A stretch of 64,000 nucleotides of DNA, from contig JACQSC010000004.1 of NCBI GenBank assembly GCA_016206155.1, forward strand, positions 217,910 to 281,909, in the 5' to 3' direction. The stretch is from Candidatus Uhrbacteria bacterium. Lineage in GTDB: Bacteria; Patescibacteriota; Patescibacteriia; JACQRZ01. A model generated the notes under the pieces. The model saw only the letters and a program-made list of their open reading frames with translations. It ran no database searches and had not been told where the DNA came from. A program made the translations under genes and the position numbers. Positions 20,129 to 26,615 of this stretch are shown one piece after another (position 1 is the stretch's first letter; every line of letters begins with the position of its first letter).

Positions 20129-20933
20129 GATGGGGTCAGTAATGCAGTAATGGGGTCAGTGCAGTAATGGGGTCAGGAGCCATTATTTTTAAGTTATGAT
20201 ATGCTATAATCATGCCACGAACTATACGATCCGATATTGCCGACATGAGCTATCACGTTATTAATCGAGCCAATGCTCGTGTGCAGATTTTTTCTACCCA
20301 GCAAGAATTTCGACAATTCGAAGACGCTCTTTCAGAAGCGCGTGAAAAGACTGGGATGCGTATTTATGCATACGTTATCATGCCAAACCACTGGCATTTA
20401 GTTGTTTCACCATGTGCTGATGGAGATCTTAAACGATTTATGGCGTGCCTTACCATGACGCATACACAACGCTGGCACAGAGACCACAATTCCGTTGGCA
20501 CGGGGCATCTTTATCAGGGGCGATATAAAGCGTTTATTGTTGGTACAGATGACTATTTTATTACAGTTTGTCGTTATGTTGAACAAAATCCACTACGCGC
20601 AAACCTTACACCTCGTGCGGATGAGTGGAGGTGGGGCAGTCTCTGGAGAAGACAGTTTGGGTCAAGAGAAGAAAAAGCAATGCTTTCATCATGGATAACG
20701 GAAGCGCCACGATCATATCTTCAGTGGGTGAACGAGCGCGATGAAGATGATCGCCTTGAACGTATTCGTACATGTGTGAATAGGGGGCGCCCCTTTGGCT
20801 CTCCGACTTGGACAGAAGAAATAGTTAAGCGTTTTAAGTTAGAATCAACCCTTCGTTCTGTCGGGAGGCCATGGGATAAAAATAATGGCTCCTGACCCCA
20901 TTAACCTTTGAACTGACCCCATTAACCTTTGAA
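20129..20933. mobile_element. RAYT/Y1 transposase unit with 27-bp perfect terminal inverted repeats and outward tandem sub-repeats
   Basis: taatggggtcaggagccattattttta (20165-20191) vs taaaaataatggctcctgaccccatta (20877-20903); extra atggggtcag copies on the left; ctgaccccattaacctttgaa x2 on the right. Confidence 0.85.
20212..20895 (+). CDS. REP-associated tyrosine transposase (Y1/HUH, IS200-like fold)
   Basis: YHVINRAN, AYVIMPNHWHL (HUH), GHLYQGRYK, RYVEQNPLRA, WRWGS. Confidence 0.92.
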   Translation: MPRTIRSDIADMSYHVINRANARVQIFSTQQEFRQFEDALSEAREKTGMRIYAYVIMPNHWHLVVSPCADGDLKRFMACLTMTHTQRWHRDHNSVGTGHLYQGRYKAFIVGTDDYFITVCRYVEQNPLRANLTPRADEWRWGSLWRRQFGSREEKAMLSSWITEAPRSYLQWVNERDEDDRLERIRTCVNRGRPFGSPTWTEEIVKRFKLESTLRSVGRPWDKNNGS

Positions 20934-21710
20934 ATGAGAAAAATGAGAATTGACACCATTTTACTTTTGCTGAGCGGGATTTTATTTTTCGCGGGAAGTG
21001 GCGACATTGCTTTTGCTGGAAGGGGCGGTAATACACCATGTCCAGACACCTACGCCGTTAGATCACCCTATTTGGCGACACCTGCCGGCTGCAGCAGTTT
21101 ATGTGTGAGCGAAGGGTATGCCTATGGCAGTGCAACTACATGTGACAATGAGACGGCATGCCTTTGTTCTGGCACTGGCACTGGCGGTGGAGGGGCTGGC
21201 GGGTCTGGAGCTAGCGCGGGATCCGGTTCGGGAAGCGGTGGATCTACTGGTGCGGCAAAGTCCGCGTGCCCCGGAGCATTTTTGAGTCCGCCTTCGGACC
21301 CAGTTGCGTGTGGAGTGGCGTGCGGGAAAGCAGATTTTCGTCAGTCGAAGTTTGATAGTGATGGATTTTCAAACGGAGCCGCAAAATGCTGTTGTTACGA
21401 ACGTAGGGGAGCCAGTACACCAAATGATGAAAAAAATAAGGCGGCATTCGGACCCGAAGTCGCCAGTCCCTTTGGGCCTAAGTTTAACGTTCCCGAACTT
21501 ATCGGAGACACACTTCGGCGGTTTTTGGAAATTATCGGCATCATCGCGCTGGTGATTTTTATCTACGGTGGATTTCTGTGGATGATATCGCTTGGGGACG
21601 AGACGCGGGTCAAACGCGGCCGCGAAACCATGATCTGGGCGGGTATGGGGCTCATCGCGATTTTGGGAAGCTATATTGTTATTAAATTTATCCTCGACGC
21701 CGTGCTTTAA
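20934..21710 (+). CDS. TrbC/VirB2-like pilin 2 with Cys/Gly-rich N-terminal domain
   Basis: Signal peptide, Cys-rich segments, GS-rich linker, core GIIALVIFIYGGFLWMISLGDETRVKRGRETMIWAGMGL. Confidence 0.8.
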   Translation: MRKMRIDTILLLLSGILFFAGSGDIAFAGRGGNTPCPDTYAVRSPYLATPAGCSSLCVSEGYAYGSATTCDNETACLCSGTGTGGGGAGGSGASAGSGSGSGGSTGAAKSACPGAFLSPPSDPVACGVACGKADFRQSKFDSDGFSNGAAKCCCYERRGASTPNDEKNKAAFGPEVASPFGPKFNVPELIGDTLRRFLEIIGIIALVIFIYGGFLWMISLGDETRVKRGRETMIWAGMGLIAILGSYIVIKFILDAVL

Positions 21711-21713
21711 CCA

Positions 21714-21743
21714 TTGACACAATTTTCCAAAAGTATATACTAT
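21714..21743 (+). promoter_or_regulatory. Sigma70 promoter of the RelBE-like module
   Basis: ttgaca 21714-21719, then tatact/tactat 21736-21743; ATG at 21748. Confidence 0.7.
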
Positions 21744-21747
21744 TGGT

Positions 21748-22029
21748 ATGAATACATACGCTGTTGTCAATATAAAAACCGACCCAAAGGTCAAGGATCG
21801 CGCAGCGCGCGTTGCGGAGAAACTCGGGGTGAGCATCAACGCCGTACTCAACAACGAGCTCCGTCGTTTTGCCCTTGAAGAGAGCGTAACGTTTGACACA
21901 CCGTCCGCGCCGAATCTCAGCACGCAAAAAACGCTTACTCGCTCTCGTAAGCAGATTGAGCGGGGCGATTATTATCGTTTTCAGGACAACGGGGCGGCTA
22001 TTGATTTTTTGCGCTGCGAACTTCAATGA
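21748..22029 (+). CDS. RelB/DinJ-family antitoxin
   Basis: VNIKTDPKVKDRAARVAEKLGVSINAVLN RHH fold, PNLST motif; ATGA overlap with the toxin. Confidence 0.85.
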   Translation: MNTYAVVNIKTDPKVKDRAARVAEKLGVSINAVLNNELRRFALEESVTFDTPSAPNLSTQKTLTRSRKQIERGDYYRFQDNGAAIDFLRCELQ

Positions 22030-22283
22030 TTATTTCGTATTCAAAAAATTTTATAAAGCAGGCGAAAAAACTTCCCCATCCCATTCGCGAACAACTCACA
22101 GAACGTATCATCCGTTTTAGCACAAACCCCCTTGACCCGCTTCTTCGGAATCATAAACTTAAAGGCGCATGGAGAGAATATGGAAGTATAAATGTTACCG
22201 GCGATTATCGAGCACTCTATTTTTTGCGTGGCGATGAAGTAATTTTTGACCACGTTGGCACTCATGCACAGCTCTATGAATAA
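22026..22283 (+). CDS. RelE/YafQ-family mRNA interferase toxin
   Basis: YSKNFIKQAKKL, LRNHKLKG, SINVTGDYRALY, VGTHAQLY. Confidence 0.9.
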   Translation: MIISYSKNFIKQAKKLPHPIREQLTERIIRFSTNPLDPLLRNHKLKGAWREYGSINVTGDYRALYFLRGDEVIFDHVGTHAQLYE

Positions 22284-22326
22284 AGAAACGAGACGCGTGT
22301 CAAAGGCGGCGCGTTAAATACGATAT

Positions 22327-22875
22327 ATGAAAAGGACTATCTTTTTTGTAGCAGTAATTTTTTTGGGGAGCGGTTTTTCTTTGCCAATACCCGCCAGTGC
22401 CCTTAACGCATGTGGGGGCCAGCCACTTGCCGGGACAGTATCCAATCCTATTAATAGTGAGGGGGAATGCAGAACAAAATGTTCAGGCCTTGGAGGGGGG
22501 TATACATTTAAAGAGTATAGCGCCGGCGGTTTTACCGGACTCGATCCGAGCAAAAAATTTACATGTTGCTGTGGGAGACAGCCAGCCGGAGGCGCAGTCT
22601 GCCCTGCCGGTCTGACGTGCCTTGACGATCCGCTTGGCACTGCGGACATTCCTACACTCATCGGTTTGGTTCTGCGCGGGCTCTTTGCCATCATCGGCGC
22701 CATTGCGCTTATTATTTTCATTTATGGCGGCGCGCTCTGGATGACGGCATTTGGGGAAGAGGCAAAAGTGAAGAGGGGATGGGACACCATGATCTGGGGG
22801 GCTATCGGGTTGGTGGTGATCTTTGGCAGCTACGTCGCGGTTGACTTTATCCTCAAGGCAATCCTTGGAAGCTAG
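22327..22875 (+). CDS. TrbC/VirB2-like pilin 3 with Cys-rich N-terminal domain
   Basis: Signal peptide, 7 Cys, core GAIALIIFIYGGALWMTAFGEEAKVKRGWDTMIWGAIGL. Confidence 0.8.
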   Translation: MKRTIFFVAVIFLGSGFSLPIPASALNACGGQPLAGTVSNPINSEGECRTKCSGLGGGYTFKEYSAGGFTGLDPSKKFTCCCGRQPAGGAVCPAGLTCLDDPLGTADIPTLIGLVLRGLFAIIGAIALIIFIYGGALWMTAFGEEAKVKRGWDTMIWGAIGLVVIFGSYVAVDFILKAILGS

Positions 22876-22929
22876 ACAAGTCACGCCGAAGCTCGCCACC
22901 GCCGAAGGCTATGGCGCAGCGAAGGTGGA

Positions 22930-22959
22930 TTGACACCATTTGGCGTTTTTTTGTATAAT
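22930..22959 (+). promoter_or_regulatory. Consensus sigma70 promoter upstream of pilins 4-11
   Basis: ttgaca 22930-22935, 18-nt spacer, tataat 22954-22959. Confidence 0.7.
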
Positions 22960-23005
22960 ATAAGAAGCATCTCTGTTGATAACTTTTAACCATATAAGAA
23001 TAGGT

Positions 23006-23416
23006 ATGGGTACACAATTTTTGCGACACGTGATCGCAGGAGCGATGTTCTCGTTTCTTGCGTTTGGACTTTTGGGCGCCCCGGCATTTGCCGAGGAGTT
23101 TAATGTGAATAACCCGTTGGATTATATCCGTCCGGGAAGTAACACAGTTGAGGACGCCATTCCGGGGAGATACAAAGACCCCCGCGAGATTGTCAGGGAT
23201 ATTATTAACATTTTTTTGGGGTTCTTGGGGGTTATTGCCGTGATTATCATCCTCATGGCTGGCTTCCAGTGGATGACCGCCGGCGGTGAGGAGGAAAAGG
23301 TTGCCGAGGCGCGCCAGCGTTTGATCCAGGGTGCCATCGGACTGGTACTGATTATTGCCGCGTGGATCATCGCGTACTTCGTTATAGACCAGCTCGTTAA
23401 GGCAATTCAGAGATAA
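23006..23416 (+). CDS. TrbC/VirB2-like pilin 4
   Basis: Signal peptide ending AFA; core GFLGVIAVIIILMAGFQWMTAGGEEEKVAEARQRLIQGAIGL. Confidence 0.85.
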   Translation: MGTQFLRHVIAGAMFSFLAFGLLGAPAFAEEFNVNNPLDYIRPGSNTVEDAIPGRYKDPREIVRDIINIFLGFLGVIAVIIILMAGFQWMTAGGEEEKVAEARQRLIQGAIGLVLIIAAWIIAYFVIDQLVKAIQR

Positions 23417-23571
23417 TTGAATCTGGCGAATAACATTCACCAGATTCATCCCGCACATGGTTGCGGGATCCAGAAGCACTATCTGTAAAGACATTCATTC
23501 AATAGTAACACACCATAGGTCAGTAAAAAACGTTTCTTGCTAATTTCAATTAATATTAATAATAGAAAAAT

Positions 23572-24015
23572 ATGAGTACACGACTCATGAAACACATTAT
23601 GGCGGGAGCGATGTTCTCGTTCCTTGCATTGGGACTATTGGGCGGACCAATGCTTGCTGGCGCAGCGGATGGTCCGACAATTGACCCAAAGACTTTCAAG
23701 GTAAATGCTCCGGAGCAGTATTTTGGCGCGAATTCCGGAGAAGGATATACGAGTGTTGGCCCCGGCAAGTACAAGGATCCGCGGGAGCTTGCAAAGAACA
23801 TTATCAATATCATTCTTGGCTTTCTCGGTATTGTTGCCGTGATCATCATCCTCATGGCGGGCTTCCAGTGGATGACCGCCGGCGGAGAAGAGGAAAAGGT
23901 TACCGAGGCACGCCAGCGTTTGATTCAGGGCGCCATCGGACTTGTGCTCATTATCGCCGCATGGATTATCGCCTACTTCGTTATTGACCAGCTCGTTAAG
24001 GCAATTCAGACGTAA
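23572..24015 (+). CDS. TrbC/VirB2-like pilin 5 (close paralog of pilin 4)
   Basis: Core nearly identical to pilin 4; different mature N-terminal segment. Confidence 0.85.
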   Translation: MSTRLMKHIMAGAMFSFLALGLLGGPMLAGAADGPTIDPKTFKVNAPEQYFGANSGEGYTSVGPGKYKDPRELAKNIINIILGFLGIVAVIIILMAGFQWMTAGGEEEKVTEARQRLIQGAIGLVLIIAAWIIAYFVIDQLVKAIQT

Positions 24016-24021
24016 CTATTC

Positions 24022-24462
24022 GTGAGAATGACCATCCAAGACACCGTCGAAAACGTGTCAAGGGCGGAGCGCTTGAGGATACTGCTTGGCAGGGCGGTGT
24101 TGGGGCTTTTAGGCGCGGCGCTGCTCTTTGCGCCGCTCGTCGTGGCACAAGGAGCCATAACGTCTGCAAATACGGGATTGAACGAAACCGCAAGAAATGC
24201 GGGGTATCAGACGACCAATGTCTCGATCCCCCAGTTTGTCGGAACGGTTATTAATGCCGCACTCGGCATTATCGGTGTTATCTTCTTGGTGCTTATCGTC
24301 TATGGCGGTATGCTCTGGATGCTTTCGGAGGGAGATGAAACGAAGATTGGCAGCGCCCGAGGGCTCATCTTCCACTCGATTATCGGTTTGATTCTTGTTC
24401 TTTCTGCCTACGCGATCACTTCGTTTGTTGTGGGATCCATTATAAAAGGCACGCTGAATTAA
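24022..24462 (+). CDS. TrbC/VirB2-like pilin 6
   Basis: Core GIIGVIFLVLIVYGGMLWMLSEGDETKIGSARGLIFHSIIGL. Confidence 0.8.
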   Translation: MRMTIQDTVENVSRAERLRILLGRAVLGLLGAALLFAPLVVAQGAITSANTGLNETARNAGYQTTNVSIPQFVGTVINAALGIIGVIFLVLIVYGGMLWMLSEGDETKIGSARGLIFHSIIGLILVLSAYAITSFVVGSIIKGTLN

Positions 24463-24512
24463 AGTACGACTTGCGCAGGCGGGCACATTTCATCGTCGTG
24501 GGGCCACCATTT

Positions 24513-24821
24513 ATGGCAAACCTTAAACAGGAGATAAACGCAAAACTTCAAAACGCCGGAGAAGCGAATGCGGGGTATGCGAGCACAGATATCGCAGCAG
24601 TTATCGGCAACGTCGTTCTCACTCTTTTAACGATTCTTGGCGTTGTCTTTATTGTTCTCATTGTCTTTGCGGGATTTAGGTGGATGCTCGCGCAGGGCGA
24701 GGAGCAAAAAATTACCGAGGCCCGCAATCTCATCATTCATTCAATTATCGGACTTCTGGTCGTATTAGCCGCATATGCCATCAGTTACTTTGTCATCAGC
24801 GCACTCCAAAAAGCCGTCTAG
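24513..24821 (+). CDS. TrbC/VirB2-like pilin 7 (no obvious signal peptide)
   Basis: Core ILGVVFIVLIVFAGFRWMLAQGEEQKITEARNLIIHSIIGL. Confidence 0.75.
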   Translation: MANLKQEINAKLQNAGEANAGYASTDIAAVIGNVVLTLLTILGVVFIVLIVFAGFRWMLAQGEEQKITEARNLIIHSIIGLLVVLAAYAISYFVISALQKAV

Positions 24822-25230
24822 ACTAGAAGGGGTTGGTCGTACGCTTGCGCGACTTACTCTTGTTTCAAGCGCGCTTTCCTTCATCGTCGCGCTTCTTGTT
24901 GTAACCACGGAGACCCACGCGCTCACCGCGCCAATACTTGAGAAGCTGAATATCGCGCGCAACGTTGCCTGGGGGCCGACGGCGCAGCAGAGCATCGGCC
25001 TTATCGTCGGAAGCGTTATCCTTACAGCTCTTGGCTTGCTCGGCGTTATATTTGTGGTACTCTTAACCTATGGAGGGTTCCTGTGGCTTACGTCCGCCGG
25101 CGAGGAGGACAAGGCAAAAAAAGCGCGGGATCTCATTGTTAACTCACTGATAGGCATCTTCATCGTGATTGCGGCGTACAGCATCGGCTACTTTGTCCTT
25201 TCGCGATTGAGTGAGGCAGTAGTAACATGA
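24775..25230 (+). CDS. TrbC/VirB2-like pilin 8 (start uncertain)
   Basis: Core GLLGVIFVVLLTYGGFLWLTSAGEEDKAKKARDLIVNSLIG; the only in-frame start lies 47 nt inside pilin 7. Confidence 0.7.
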   Translation: MPSVTLSSAHSKKPSRLEGVGRTLARLTLVSSALSFIVALLVVTTETHALTAPILEKLNIARNVAWGPTAQQSIGLIVGSVILTALGLLGVIFVVLLTYGGFLWLTSAGEEDKAKKARDLIVNSLIGIFIVIAAYSIGYFVLSRLSEAVVT

Positions 25231-25628
25231 AAAAGTTTTTTCTCCTTTTTGGCATAGCTCTTTTTTTGGCCACGCCGACACTAGCATTCGGTGCAAGCGT
25301 TCTTGAGAATGCCCTGTACGCAGATCCGACCTCCGAAACCAATAAGCTGCTCAATAAATTTGTGCCCGGGGCAGGGGTGATAAAAACACCAGGTGTTATT
25401 GTCTTTGAAGTTCTTCAAATTATTTTGGGATTCCTTGGCATTGTCGGTGTTATCATGATGATTTATGCCGGTTTTCTCTGGCTCACCGCCGGTGGGGAAG
25501 AAGAGAAGGCAAAGCAAGGGCGCACCATTCTCTTTCAGGCAATTATTGGAATTCTTATTGTCTTGGCGTCGTATACTATTACCTATTTTATCATTGCGCA
25601 GCTTACCACCGCGGTTGTAAACCGATAG
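25227..25628 (+). CDS. TrbC/VirB2-like pilin 9
   Basis: Signal peptide MKKFFLLF; core YAGFLWLTAGGEEEKAKQGRTILFQAIIG. Confidence 0.85.
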   Translation: MKKFFLLFGIALFLATPTLAFGASVLENALYADPTSETNKLLNKFVPGAGVIKTPGVIVFEVLQIILGFLGIVGVIMMIYAGFLWLTAGGEEEKAKQGRTILFQAIIGILIVLASYTITYFIIAQLTTAVVNR

Positions 25629-25632
25629 GGCC

Positions 25633-26067
25633 ATGGGGAAAACACCTTTCATTTTTTTTTCACTCCTCCTCGCGTTGTTTTTTATCCTATCGCCGGTATT
25701 TGCGGAAAATCCGCTCCAGGCAGGCACCACGCGCACTACTATTCTTGGGAATTACGTCCACGGGGAAACTACTCAGTTTAATTGGTTTACAAAAGGATTT
25801 GGCGTCGATGATGTTTCCGATGTTGCGTGGCCCAATACCATTGCACGAAGGATAGTTAACATCGTGTTTAGTTTTTTGGGCATTGTTACCGTTATCGTTA
25901 TTATCTATGCCGGCTTCCTCTGGATAACCGCCGGCGGGGAAGAGGAAAAGGCAAAGCAGGGCCGCACGCTCCTATTCCAGGCGTTTATTGGTTTGGTTAT
26001 TATTTTATCAGCCTATCTTGTTTCCTACTTTACCATAGACCAGCTCGTTAAAGCGATTATGAAATGA
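25633..26067 (+). CDS. TrbC/VirB2-like pilin 10
   Basis: Signal peptide ending VFA; core YAGFLWITAGGEEEKAKQGRTLLFQAFIG. Confidence 0.85.
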   Translation: MGKTPFIFFSLLLALFFILSPVFAENPLQAGTTRTTILGNYVHGETTQFNWFTKGFGVDDVSDVAWPNTIARRIVNIVFSFLGIVTVIVIIYAGFLWITAGGEEEKAKQGRTLLFQAFIGLVIILSAYLVSYFTIDQLVKAIMK

Positions 26068-26474
26068 GGTATATTTTTACATTTTTTTTTGTTGCCATAA
26101 GCATTGCTATGATTGCGAGCTTGCCGACGTTTGCGGCAACCAGCCAATTGAAGGATGCCGCACTTTTTGGCGACAACTCTCAATTCAAAGAGTTTTTGGA
26201 AAAATGGGGCGTAACAAAGGATAAACCTCCCACAGAACCAGGCACAATTGCCCAGCGCATTGTTGCGGTTGTCTTTAGCTTTCTTGGCATTGTTGCCGTT
26301 ATTGTGATGATCTATGCGGGCTTTCTTTGGATGACCGCCGGCGGGGAGGAAGAGAAGGCAAAACAGGGCCGCACGCTCCTGTTTCAGGCGTTTATCGGAT
26401 CACTCATCGTGCTTGCGTCGTATTCAGTCACATATTTTGTACTATATATGCTCACTCTCTCAGTCTCTCCCTAG
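26064..26474 (+). CDS. TrbC/VirB2-like pilin 11
   Basis: Signal peptide ending TFA; core YAGFLWMTAGGEEEKAKQGRTLLFQAFIG. Confidence 0.85.
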   Translation: MRYIFTFFFVAISIAMIASLPTFAATSQLKDAALFGDNSQFKEFLEKWGVTKDKPPTEPGTIAQRIVAVVFSFLGIVAVIVMIYAGFLWMTAGGEEEKAKQGRTLLFQAFIGSLIVLASYSVTYFVLYMLTLSVSP

Positions 26475-26476
26475 CT

Positions 26477-26615
26477 TTGAATTACGAAACTCCTCTGTAT
26501 CGCGTATTGTCCATAGGGACCGGGTATTTTTCTGCTGAAAAATCCCTTAAACTCGGGCCGTCGCCCTCCGTATGTCCCTCTGGACAACAACCCGATACAG
26601 AGTTTCGTAATTCAA
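26477..26615. repeat. Palindromic mini-element family A, copy 2
   Basis: 16-bp perfect IR ttgaattacgaaactc/gagtttcgtaattcaa; core shared with 12732-12850. Confidence 0.85.

Noticed and set aside
20129-20191. Short repeated units as a mini CRISPR array
   Set aside because: The units are about 12 bp with 5-8 bp spacers, no cas genes are present, and they form the transposase's inverted ends.
18954-26474. Conjugative element or prophage
   Set aside because: No relaxase, coupling protein, VirB4, integrase or phage structural genes are present; the flanks are chromosomal.
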